Assembly: GCA_002238855.1 (NCBI GenBank)
Contig: MPND01000013.1
Location: 9,970-73,969 of the forward strand
DNA: 64,000 bases
Direction: 5' to 3'
DNA from: SAR202 cluster bacterium bin90
GTDB lineage: Bacteria; Chloroflexota; Dehalococcoidia; Lucifugimonadales; JADFKI01
Part shown: positions 9,840 through 18,716 of the stretch, in pieces
How the letters are laid out: each line of letters opens with the position of its first letter
Position numbering within the stretch: position 1 is the first letter of the stretch
Translations under genes and position numbers: made by a program
The notes under the pieces: generated by a model
Database searches by the model: none
The model's input: the letters and a program-made list of their open reading frames with translations, nothing else
What the model was told of the DNA's origin: nothing

Positions 9840-10198
9840 TCGCTTACACAGGTATAAGTCATCTGTTCAACGATTTTAGTGTCGGTGAATTGCAAATGTC
9901 AATTAGTTGCAATAACGAATTGGCGGCATCTGCGACATAAAGCATCGAAGAACTTGCAACATCCTCAGAATTGCTTATGCGGCAACTGTGTTTAGGTATT
10001 GCCTGTCCTACGTCTCCTTCTTTGACATTTCATATATGCATTCACTGGTTTAGATATATACAGATATATTTTCATGATAGCAGTCGCATCGCTGCGACGG
10101 CATTGGCAAGCGCAGAATGATACACTCTTTGGCATCATTTAAAGGAGGGCTCCCTGCATTCTTCCCTCCGAGATGAAAGATGACATGGAATTAGCAAA

Positions 10199-11488
10199 GT
10201 GAGCGCACCCGAAGGCCCGTCAGGACGAAGGCGCGGCTTCTTCTACGGCTGGTGGATTGTAATCGCCGGCGGACTCGGCATGTCCATCACTGCGGGCATC
10301 AACTTCCACGGATTCGGCAACTTCATCATCCCGCTCACCAACGAGTTCGGCTGGAATCGCACGACAATTTCCGGCGTCTTTTCACTCGCTCGCATGGAGT
10401 CCGGCCTGCTCGGCCCGCTGGAGGGCTGGCTCGTTGACCGTGTAGGACCTCGCCGCCTGATGCTGGTCGGTGTCCCACTGATGGGCATTGGCTACATAAT
10501 GATGAGCCGCGTCAACTCCCTTGCCGCGTTCTTCCTCGTGTACATATTCGCCATCACACTCGGCAACAGCCTTGGAATGAGCACACCAATGGCGGCTGCG
10601 GTCGCCAACTGGTTCAGCAGGAAACGGGGGCTCGCCTTCGGAATAATGTGGTCGGGCGTCGGTCTCGGGGGAATCTTTGTACCGGCTATCGGATGGCTTA
10701 TCGCAGCTTACGACTGGCGCATCGCATCCATCGTAATCGGCGTGTTCACGATAGTTATGGGCGTACCGATTGCCGCCTTGATGCGGCACAGGCCCGAACT
10801 CTACGGCTACATGCCCGACGGAGTCGAGCCGGAGTCGTCTGATGAGCCGGGTGCTTCTGGGAGGCGGGGGCAGCCCGACCTTTCGCAAGACTTCACCGCC
10901 AGAGAAGCCCTGATGACATCTAGCTTCTGGTATCTAACGCTCTCGATTGCAGCGCGTTCCTTGGTCAGCGGCGGCGTTGGGCTGCACCTCGTCCCTTACT
11001 TCGTTGATCTTGGCGCGTCCGATGTTTTTGCCGCTGCGCTAGCGGGCTCGGTGGGGGTGATGAGCATTCCTGGTAGGTTTGGTCTCAGCGCGGTCAGCGA
11101 CTACCTCAACCGCCGCTATGTCATGGCGGTGTCACTGTTCTTTATGTCCATAGCTATCGTCTTCATGGCACGCGCGGACAGCGTAACCCAGGTGATTCCG
11201 TTTCTGGTCCTGTACTCTGCGGCACAGGGCGGAATATCAGTCATACCGCAATCGCTCATCGCCGAATACTTCGGGCGCAGGGCATACGCCACAATTCAAG
11301 GCTTCCGCAGCACGATTCAGATGGTCGGCATCATCATAGGCCCCTTGATTTCGGGGTATGTCTTCGACACCACCGGCAGCTACGAGTGGGCTTTCATGGG
11401 GTTCGGCGCAGCAACACTGGTATCGCTTGGACTTGTGCTGATGATGAGGGCTCCGGTACGTCCTCAGCGCATAAGGCGGCGTGCCTAG
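10199..11488 (+). CDS. MFS transporter (oxalate/formate-antiporter-like subfamily)
   Basis: 429 aa, GTG start, about 12 predicted TM segments. N-terminus FFYGWWIVIAGGLGMSI is typical of this MFS subfamily. Paralog of 43363-44694. Confidence 0.8.
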   Translation: MSAPEGPSGRRRGFFYGWWIVIAGGLGMSITAGINFHGFGNFIIPLTNEFGWNRTTISGVFSLARMESGLLGPLEGWLVDRVGPRRLMLVGVPLMGIGYIMMSRVNSLAAFFLVYIFAITLGNSLGMSTPMAAAVANWFSRKRGLAFGIMWSGVGLGGIFVPAIGWLIAAYDWRIASIVIGVFTIVMGVPIAALMRHRPELYGYMPDGVEPESSDEPGASGRRGQPDLSQDFTAREALMTSSFWYLTLSIAARSLVSGGVGLHLVPYFVDLGASDVFAAALAGSVGVMSIPGRFGLSAVSDYLNRRYVMAVSLFFMSIAIVFMARADSVTQVIPFLVLYSAAQGGISVIPQSLIAEYFGRRAYATIQGFRSTIQMVGIIIGPLISGYVFDTTGSYEWAFMGFGAATLVSLGLVLMMRAPVRPQRIRRRA

Positions 11489-12681
11489 TTGCGTGAGTAG
11501 GCAAACCGACGCGTCTCAACCTGCTCCACCGCCTGCTCCACAAGCTCATCCACCGGCAGCGAAGCTTCGAGCTGTTCCACGACCTTTGCGCTGCCCTTCG
11601 TTACGGGGTGACGCGGAACAAACAGCGAGCAGCAGTCCTGGTCGGGAATGATGGACACGGGGAATGTGCCGATCTGACGGGCAATGTCAACGATGTCGTT
11701 CTTGTTGGAACCGATCAGAGGGCGCAAAATCGGCATCTGAGCCGCAGCATCCACAATGGCAATATTCTCCAGCGTCTGCGACGCCACCTGAGCAAGACTC
11801 TCGCCCGTAACAAGCGCCGCTATGCCCTGCTGTCTTGCCAGCGCCTCGGCAATTCGCACCATGAATCGTCTGTACAGCAGCACCCTGTACGGCGGCGGAA
11901 CATCCACGATAATGCGCTGCTGCACTCCCGCGAAAGGCACGAGGAACAGCTCCGCGTCGTACTGGTAGCGCGTGAGAATCTCGCTGAGTTCGGTCGCCTT
12001 CTCTATGGACGAACTGTCCACTAGAGGGTGGCTATGGAAATGCACGAGCTTGACGCGGCTTCCACGGCGCATCATCTGCCACGCCGCAACCGGAGAGTCT
12101 ATGCCTCCCGACATCAGCGCCATCGTATCGCCGCTGGTGTCCACAGGCATGCCGCCGTAGCCCTGTATCGGGTCGAAATAGACCAGCATGCCGTCGTTCA
12201 GTACATCTATGAAGATTTCCAGGTCAGCACCTTTCAACCGGACCCCGGCACCCGTCAACTCCTCTACATAGGTACCCATCTCGCGGTTGATGTCGCCTGA
12301 TCTCACTGGAAAGCGCTTGTTTGTGCGATGCGCCGTGATGCGGAATGTATCAAACTGCTGCGAAGGAAGTTCAGAGCTCAGATATTCCTTTACGGCATCC
12401 AGATCAGGCGGGACCTGAATTGCGAGGTAGTACTTGGCGACCCCCATGCAGTCGCCGACGCGCTGCCTTACCGCATCCCAGTCGGCATCATCACGCAGCG
12501 CGAGGCTGATCATTAAATGCGACTGCCAGACGCGCTCGACGCCTGTGCCCTTGATAGCACGGCGCAGATTGCTTGCCAGCCGGCGCAGGAACATCGGGCG
12601 GTTCTTGCCCTTCAGCGCGGGTTCATGGAATTTTACGACAACTAGGCGTTTGTACTTCATAAGCAGCATTCTAGCGTACAC
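11485..12681 (-). CDS. thiI: tRNA 4-thiouridine(8) synthase / sulfurtransferase ThiI
   Basis: THUMP-like N-terminus (EPALKGKNRPMF) and PP-loop SGGIDSPVAAW. The start may instead be ATG 12660. Confidence 0.88.
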   Translation of the reverse strand: MYARMLLMKYKRLVVVKFHEPALKGKNRPMFLRRLASNLRRAIKGTGVERVWQSHLMISLALRDDADWDAVRQRVGDCMGVAKYYLAIQVPPDLDAVKEYLSSELPSQQFDTFRITAHRTNKRFPVRSGDINREMGTYVEELTGAGVRLKGADLEIFIDVLNDGMLVYFDPIQGYGGMPVDTSGDTMALMSGGIDSPVAAWQMMRRGSRVKLVHFHSHPLVDSSSIEKATELSEILTRYQYDAELFLVPFAGVQQRIIVDVPPPYRVLLYRRFMVRIAEALARQQGIAALVTGESLAQVASQTLENIAIVDAAAQMPILRPLIGSNKNDIVDIARQIGTFPVSIIPDQDCCSLFVPRHPVTKGSAKVVEQLEASLPVDELVEQAVEQVETRRFAYSRN

Positions 12682-12763
12682 GCGGAAATGCCGCTATGGA
12701 AATGCACCTAGAGCATTCGAGAACAGCGGGAAAACCTTAAGTAAGAAACTCTCAATTCTGAAC

Positions 12764-12807
12764 GCAAAGAAAATCCCCGTCCACTCGTATGTCGAGCAGA
12801 ACGGGGA
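12764..12807 (-). terminator. intrinsic terminator of the hexa-Cache gene
   Basis: On the minus strand, TCCCCGT...ACGGGGA (12801-12807 / 12774-12780) is followed by TTTTCTTT (12766-12773). Confidence 0.6.
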
Positions 12808-12844
12808 CTTATTTCAAAATTTGATCCGACGAGCGAAAGCTTGC

Positions 12845-15763
12845 CTAGTTGCCCGACTCCCCGTAATAGCCGGAACCGAAAACAAGGCCGTCGTGCCTTA
12901 TGACCCACGACCGCTTCGTCTCTTCCGTATCAGTCGCCGGGTTCGGCCACAGGTATTCAACCCAGTGACCATCTTCAGTCGCCTTGGCTATCTCCTTGCC
13001 CAGTTCATATCCATCCGAACCTACGACATCCTTCAGGTCGGTTCCAAGCAAGGACGGCGAAGGTGCATGCGAAAGGAACAGGTCATCCGAATCGACGATG
13101 AACACATACCACTGCCCGTCCACGCTCTCCGGCATGTTGTAGTGAGCAATCGCGGCGTCACGCCCCTCAGACTCGTACAAGCCAATCGCATCTTCGACCA
13201 GATATTGAGTGTACTCGGCAGGCTCGGTGTACCAGCCAGAACCAAACAGGAAGCCATCGTGCTCCATGACCCAACTGTGCTTCGACTCCAATTCATTGGT
13301 AGCCGGATTGAGGAAGACATAGGATACCCACTTGCCCTCATCAGTAGCGGTGGCGATTGCTTCGCCGTAGGCATAACCATTTGCATCGATGCGCTCAGGC
13401 GGGTCTATATCAACCAGCTCCGGGCGCGCGCCGTTCGCAAAGGTACGCAGGTCCTCCGCACGCAGAATAAACACATACCAGGGGCCGTCCACGCTCTCCG
13501 GAGTGTTGTAGTAGTCGATGGTCGCCTCACGTCCCAGATCGTCATACAGATTCATAGCTCGGCTGACCAGGGACTGTGCATAAGCAGGTTCGTCCGACTT
13601 TGGCGCGCCTTCCTCATACCACCCCGATCCAAATATCATTCCATTATGACGCGTAACCCATGAGTGTTTCGTTTCCACATTGCCGGTGGCGGCATTCAGA
13701 TATGTATAGGTCGTCCACGCGCCTCCCTCGACCGCTGCTGCTGCCACCTGCGCTCCCGCAGGGTACCCGTCTGTGGGGCTGATAACTTCGTTATAGTGTA
13801 GCCCCACATTCGCCGGCACCGCGGCGTGCGCGATCATTACATCGTTCTCATCGCCAATGAACACATACCACTGGCCGTCCATGCTCTCGGCTGAGTTGTA
13901 ATAAGCAACCGTGCCATCGCGTCCCAGGTCGTCATACAGGTTGATAGCGCGCTGTACGAAAGCCTGAGTGTATGCCGCAGGGTCGGACTTCGCCGGTCCT
14001 TCCTCGTACCAACCCGAGCCAAATATCATCCCGTTGTGGCGCGTAACCCATGAGTGCTTCATCTCCACATTGCCAGTGGCGGCATTCAGGTAGGTGTATG
14101 TCGTCCACGCGCCTCCATCTACGGCAGCGGCAGCGACCTGAGCACCCGCCGGATAGCCGTCCGGGCTGATGACTTCGTCGAAATGAAGACCCACATTTGC
14201 GGGTACGGCAGCATGCGCCAGCATCACATCGTTCTCGTCGCCAATGAACACATACCACTGGCCGTCTATGCTCTCAGGTGAGTTGTAATACTCGATAGTC
14301 GCATCGTGCCCATCCGATTCATAGCGAGCGATTGCCTGCTCCACGAATGCCTGCGTGTATGCGGGAGGATCGTCCCTTGCAGCGATTACCGGCTCATACC
14401 AGCCGGACCCGAATACAAGGCCATCGTGCAGGGCAATCCAGCTATGCTTCCTCTCCTGCTCGCCCGTGTCGGGATTGAGGATTACATAGGAGATCCAGCC
14501 GCCCTCCTCCGTAGCAGCGGCGATGTCTTTCCCGTAGTCGTAACCGGTCGGATCTATGCGATCTGGAATCGTCCCCACAAAGTCAGGGCGTGCTCCGTTA
14601 GCAACTGATCGAAAGTCTGTCGTGTCCACAACGAATACATAGTATTGTCCATCCACGCTTGCGGGATCATTATAACGCGCAAGCGTCGCTTCCCGGCCAT
14701 TCGCGTCATATCTCGCCACAGCCTGCTCCACAAGAGCGCGCGCATACGCCGGCGGCGTGCTGTCGAGCGAAACATCACGCTCGTACCAACCTGAACCGAA
14801 AAGCAGGTTGTCGTGGCGAACGACCCAGGAGTGCTTGCGCTCGTAGTCAAAATCATTTGCGGGATTCAGGTACACGTAGTCAACCCACTTGCCCTGCTCG
14901 TCCACCGTGACAGACTCAGCGCCGTAGTTTTTTCCCGTAATGTCCGTCCCTAGCGGTCCTCTTATATCCATCCCGATTGTGGTTGGGACTGTGGGATGAA
15001 CGATGAGCTTGTAATTCTCGTCCAGCACGAAGAGGTACAGGTCGCCGCTCACGCTATCCATCGTATTGTAGTAATCGAGTGTCGACTGACGCCCGTCGGC
15101 GTTATAGCGGCGTATAGCCTGCTCAACATACGACTTAGTGAAAGCGGGCGCGACTGCACTCTCCAGCCAGTCGAGCCGAGCGAGAGTCTGTTCCAGTTCA
15201 TTTGAGTCCGACGCATCCTGCAGGGCCATTATGTCGGTTCGCAACGCGCCCAATTCCGAAACGAGGTCGTCCATGGCGCCCTCATCACCGGACATCGAAG
15301 CCTTCAATTCGGCGAGAGTGTCACCGAGTCCCATCAGTTGCGCGTCAAGGCTATCCAGATGTGAGCTGTCGATGCGCTCATCATCATCGTCATCTTCGTC
15401 CATTCGGCTCTGAAGCTCGGCAACCATTGAGCGGACGTCACCGATGTCTGACTTCAACGCACTGTCGTCGAACTCAGCAGCCATCATGTCCTGGCCACGC
15501 AGTTCCTCGATGCCAGATCGCAATTCAGCGACTTCATCGGCTTCCATCTTCTGGGAGTCAGCAAGCTCTGCTTGCAGGTCACCAATCTGAGCTGAAAGCG
15601 CCTCGATCTCTGCGCTCTGCGCCGACACACTCGCCTCTATTCCACTAATCGCATCCGCGTTGCCGCTGTCGCTACAAGCCGCCATTGCCATCACGATTGC
15701 AATGACTAGCGCGATAAACGCAATCGGACGCACTCTCCGATTCGCCATAAATATCTTATCCAT
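12845..15763 (-). CDS. putative lipoprotein: signal/lipobox, acidic coiled-coil segment, then six tandem single-Cache (sCache_2-like) domains; no output domain
   Basis: 972 aa. N-terminus MANRRVRPIAFIALVIAIVMAMAAC|SDSG. An E/D/L-rich heptad-like stretch includes a DEDDDDDE run. Six repeats of about 125-130 aa each end in FGSG(W/Y)Y and contain DGxWYVF...K(H/R)SW. Confidence 0.75.
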   Translation of the reverse strand: MDKIFMANRRVRPIAFIALVIAIVMAMAACSDSGNADAISGIEASVSAQSAEIEALSAQIGDLQAELADSQKMEADEVAELRSGIEELRGQDMMAAEFDDSALKSDIGDVRSMVAELQSRMDEDDDDDERIDSSHLDSLDAQLMGLGDTLAELKASMSGDEGAMDDLVSELGALRTDIMALQDASDSNELEQTLARLDWLESAVAPAFTKSYVEQAIRRYNADGRQSTLDYYNTMDSVSGDLYLFVLDENYKLIVHPTVPTTIGMDIRGPLGTDITGKNYGAESVTVDEQGKWVDYVYLNPANDFDYERKHSWVVRHDNLLFGSGWYERDVSLDSTPPAYARALVEQAVARYDANGREATLARYNDPASVDGQYYVFVVDTTDFRSVANGARPDFVGTIPDRIDPTGYDYGKDIAAATEEGGWISYVILNPDTGEQERKHSWIALHDGLVFGSGWYEPVIAARDDPPAYTQAFVEQAIARYESDGHDATIEYYNSPESIDGQWYVFIGDENDVMLAHAAVPANVGLHFDEVISPDGYPAGAQVAAAAVDGGAWTTYTYLNAATGNVEMKHSWVTRHNGMIFGSGWYEEGPAKSDPAAYTQAFVQRAINLYDDLGRDGTVAYYNSAESMDGQWYVFIGDENDVMIAHAAVPANVGLHYNEVISPTDGYPAGAQVAAAAVEGGAWTTYTYLNAATGNVETKHSWVTRHNGMIFGSGWYEEGAPKSDEPAYAQSLVSRAMNLYDDLGREATIDYYNTPESVDGPWYVFILRAEDLRTFANGARPELVDIDPPERIDANGYAYGEAIATATDEGKWVSYVFLNPATNELESKHSWVMEHDGFLFGSGWYTEPAEYTQYLVEDAIGLYESEGRDAAIAHYNMPESVDGQWYVFIVDSDDLFLSHAPSPSLLGTDLKDVVGSDGYELGKEIAKATEDGHWVEYLWPNPATDTEETKRSWVIRHDGLVFGSGYYGESGN
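12848..15142 (-). repeat. six in-frame tandem coding repeats (period about 375-390 nt) inside the hexa-Cache gene
   Basis: Approximate unit boundaries are 15142, 14749, 14362, 13978, 13587, 13222 and 12848, placed using the recurring GSGWY and AY(A/T)Q landmarks. Units 3 and 4 are near-identical at the DNA level. Confidence 0.85.
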
Positions 15764-15938
15764 TCCACTCCTCTTGTTATAAAGTAAACGTTAACTAGTT
15801 GCTTATGAGCATTACTCACAGCATAAATAGAATATCGCATTAATCGGCGATTTCACAACCAATTAATGCGATAATAGTGCCCATATTTGAGACAGTTATC
15901 GTGAGGCGTTTGAGCAAAGCAATATCGCCTGCGCAGCA

Positions 15939-16940
15939 CTAGCCGGAGAGACTATGCCTCGGACTTGGATGGTCGAGGACGGATGTGTTTACCAGATTAT
16001 CCGGCATCTGCCCCTGCAGGACGGAAGCTACCTCGCCCGCGGCGCGTTCCTCAAGTTCCAGCACCGCCTCCTGCGAGAAGAATGCCACATGCGGTGTAAC
16101 AACAACATTGTCGAGCTTCAGCAGTCCGTAGTCAGGCGATGGGTGGGCTTCCACCAGTACATCCAGACCCGCACCGCCGATGCTGCCGGATTGCAGTGCA
16201 TCGTAAAGCGCTGCCTCGTCAATCAGCGGTCCGCGCGCGCAGTTAATCAGGAACGCATCCTCCTTCATCAGCGCGAGTTCTGCCGCTCCAATCAGATTCT
16301 CCGTGTCCGGTGTAAGTGGCGAATGCAGAGTAACGAAGTCCGACTCTCGCAGCAGTGTCTCCATGTCCACCGACACCGCTCCCGCTTCCGCCGCCTGCTC
16401 CGCAGACACAAAGGGGTCATATTCCAGCACCTCGAAGCCGAATGCAAGAGCCTTTGTGCACACTGCCCTGCCTATCCTTCCAAAGCCTACTACGCCCAGT
16501 TTCTTTCCGCGCAGGCGCATAATCCGCATCGTGAGAGGCACGCTACCCCAGCCCGCTCCCTTCACCGAGTTGTCAAACAGCGAAATGCGGCGATTCCAGT
16601 CCAGCAATAATCCCATCACATGATCAGAGACCTCGTCCACGCAGTAGTCCGGCACATAAGTAACTGCAATCCCAAGCTCAGAAGCGGTGTCCACGGCGAT
16701 GTTGTCAACGCCGACTCCGTAGCGTCCGATCACGATGCACTTCTCGGCAGCGCGGACGACCTTGTCCGTAACCTGCGCGAAGCAGGTCAGGATACCGTCC
16801 ACATCCTTCGCGAGCGCGGCAAGCGTGTCCTCCTCGCCGTCGGGTGCCACCACAAGTTCTGCGCCGATCTTGGCAAGGACAGCGCGCTCCGGTTCTACGG
16901 AGGGCCAGACATAGTCGGTTACCAGTACCTTGAAACTCAT
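15939..16940 (-). CDS. D-isomer-specific 2-hydroxyacid dehydrogenase family protein (CtBP/PGDH-like)
   Basis: 333 aa. NAD-binding motif VGFGRIGRAV and a C-terminal TPHVAF motif. Confidence 0.8.
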   Translation of the reverse strand: MSFKVLVTDYVWPSVEPERAVLAKIGAELVVAPDGEEDTLAALAKDVDGILTCFAQVTDKVVRAAEKCIVIGRYGVGVDNIAVDTASELGIAVTYVPDYCVDEVSDHVMGLLLDWNRRISLFDNSVKGAGWGSVPLTMRIMRLRGKKLGVVGFGRIGRAVCTKALAFGFEVLEYDPFVSAEQAAEAGAVSVDMETLLRESDFVTLHSPLTPDTENLIGAAELALMKEDAFLINCARGPLIDEAALYDALQSGSIGGAGLDVLVEAHPSPDYGLLKLDNVVVTPHVAFFSQEAVLELEERAAGEVASVLQGQMPDNLVNTSVLDHPSPRHSLSG

Positions 16941-16961
16941 GCTTACTCTCCTGGGCTAGAT

Positions 16962-18584
16962 TTAGGCTGTATTCATCTGCATCGGGTTGAACATGCACCC
17001 TTCGACGAATATGTCGAAGAAGTCGGGCGTAGTTTCAAGCTCGATATGCTGTATCGTCTGCACAAGATGCTCTATTCGGGCGCGCAACTTGCCTGAAAGC
17101 AGCATTATAGTCGCGCCTTCCAGCGACGCGTTCCCCACCTTGACGATGCGCTCCTCCGGCAGGTTCGCCACAAAGCCAATGTCAACTGCGTTTGGCACAT
17201 TGATGTAGTTTGCGAACCCACCTGCAAGATACAGCTTCGATATGCTTTCAGCCGCCACGCCGTAGTTGCGCAGCACAATGTACTGCCCTGAGTAGTTGGC
17301 GGACTTTGCCTGTGCCAGCGCGCTGATATCAGCACGAGATAAGGACATCCCAGTTTCAGGCACGAAGGCGAATTCACGCTCTCCGTTCTCGAACACGCCG
17401 AGTTCGCTCATCTTGCCTGTTCGGCGCAGCTCCGCAAGCAGGTCAACCAACCCGGAGCCACATATGCCCTGCGGCAGTGCATCTCCGATAGTGCGAAAGG
17501 CGACTCCATCCCCGTTTAGCGTTACGCTCTCGACCGCGCCGTCATAGCCGGGCATGCCGTGGCGGACCTGACCACCCTCGAACGCGGGTCCCGCCGGACA
17601 GGACGCCGACATCAGACGGTGCCGGTTCCCTAGCACAACCTCCGTGTTCGTCCCCACATCTACCAGCATCACCACATCATCTTCTTCGTCCATCGCAACG
17701 GCAAGCATGTCGGCAGCAACATCCGCGCCTACATGTGATCCTATAAGCGGACCCCCATACACATTGGCATCGGGAAATACACGCAACCCGATCTCGGACG
17801 CCTTCACATTCAGCGCAGTCGTCTGCCGCTTGCCCTCTAGCATTTCAAGCTCGGTTATCGATTTGTACGGCCGCTCGCCTATTGGCTGCACATCGAATCC
17901 GAAAAAGATGTCGCGCATGGTCGAGTTGCCAACCACCACCACCTCATAGATACGCCTGCGGTGAAAGCTGTGCCGACGGCTAAGTTCGCCTATCTCAAAG
18001 TTGATCGCCGATAACATCACCTGCTGTAATTCTCCGGGGAAGTCTCCACCGTCGTAGGAGATACGGTGCATGATGTCGCTGCCGCCGAAGCGCTGCGGGT
18101 TCTCAAACGACGCTGTGTCCAAAATCTCGCCCGATTCAAGGTCAGCGACATTCAGCACCACCGTCGTCGTGCCCACATCAATGGCAATGCCAAACATCTG
18201 CCCACGGTAATCGTCGATGCGGGTTTCGCGGAAGAAAACGCCGTCACCGATGCGCCTTGTGACAGGCTCGATCTCTATTGCGCGGCGCACCGATCGCGTG
18301 AGTATACGTGGCTGACGACGCAGCACCGCGAACTCCACTTCTTCGTTGGCATCGACTATCGCGGCTTGGCAGGCCAGGCGATAGTCTTCGCGCAGAAACG
18401 CCTCAGCCTCAGTGTGAGGAGAAAGTGCATCCATGCCGCGCTTGATCTCCACTATGCACTCGTGGCACTCGCCCGTTCTTCCGCAAGATGTGGGTACGCG
18501 CACGCTCAGCGCATCGGCATAGTCGAATATGCTCTTGCCGACTAAAGAGTCCAGGATTCGTCCGTCATAATTCAATGGCGACAT
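16962..18584 (-). CDS. 2Fe-2S ferredoxin domain + ASKHA (DUF4445) protein, family of reductive activators of corrinoid proteins (RACo-like)
   Basis: 540 aa. N-terminal Cys pattern C-x5-C-x2-C...C (SCGRTGECHECIV...LACQA). The long C-terminal part is sugar-kinase/actin-like (IAIDVGTTTVV, VDVGTNTEV). Confidence 0.7.
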   Translation of the reverse strand: MSPLNYDGRILDSLVGKSIFDYADALSVRVPTSCGRTGECHECIVEIKRGMDALSPHTEAEAFLREDYRLACQAAIVDANEEVEFAVLRRQPRILTRSVRRAIEIEPVTRRIGDGVFFRETRIDDYRGQMFGIAIDVGTTTVVLNVADLESGEILDTASFENPQRFGGSDIMHRISYDGGDFPGELQQVMLSAINFEIGELSRRHSFHRRRIYEVVVVGNSTMRDIFFGFDVQPIGERPYKSITELEMLEGKRQTTALNVKASEIGLRVFPDANVYGGPLIGSHVGADVAADMLAVAMDEEDDVVMLVDVGTNTEVVLGNRHRLMSASCPAGPAFEGGQVRHGMPGYDGAVESVTLNGDGVAFRTIGDALPQGICGSGLVDLLAELRRTGKMSELGVFENGEREFAFVPETGMSLSRADISALAQAKSANYSGQYIVLRNYGVAAESISKLYLAGGFANYINVPNAVDIGFVANLPEERIVKVGNASLEGATIMLLSGKLRARIEHLVQTIQHIELETTPDFFDIFVEGCMFNPMQMNTA

Positions 18585-18716
18585 GCGAATATATTATCAC
18601 GATACGCTCGAAGGGCGAGCGGCGCAGACGCGGTGAGGTATCGGCTCCACCAGAGCGGTCGAGCACAGATAAGGAAATGTGCTGGAAGAGAAGCCCCACT
18701 TCCGAAAGCGACGAGG

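Noticed and set aside
9992-10138. 48-codon Cys-rich ORF (MMPKSVSFCACQCRR...) on the - strand in the cbiM upstream spacer
   Set aside because: It has no SD (the upstream sequence is CCTCC-like), strongly atypical AT-rich composition, and a poly-Arg end. It is probably a chance ORF.
9840-10198. Cobalamin (or other metal-sensing) riboswitch upstream of cbiM
   Set aside because: A riboswitch is expected for cbiMNQO in many genomes. Reading both strands, I found no B12 box (AGYCMGGAGACCKGCC-like) and no GCCACTG core. Only an Infernal scan could settle it.
12434-13663. 409-aa + strand ORF
   Set aside because: It lies wholly antisense to the hexa-Cache gene. It is R/S/L-rich with no recognisable motif, and is a typical mirror-frame artefact of a GC-rich coding region.
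13588-14362. Diversity-generating retroelement (template/variable repeat pair)
   Set aside because: The two near-identical units differ by all kinds of substitutions, not specifically at adenines. Both are in-frame parts of one gene, and no reverse transcriptase is nearby.
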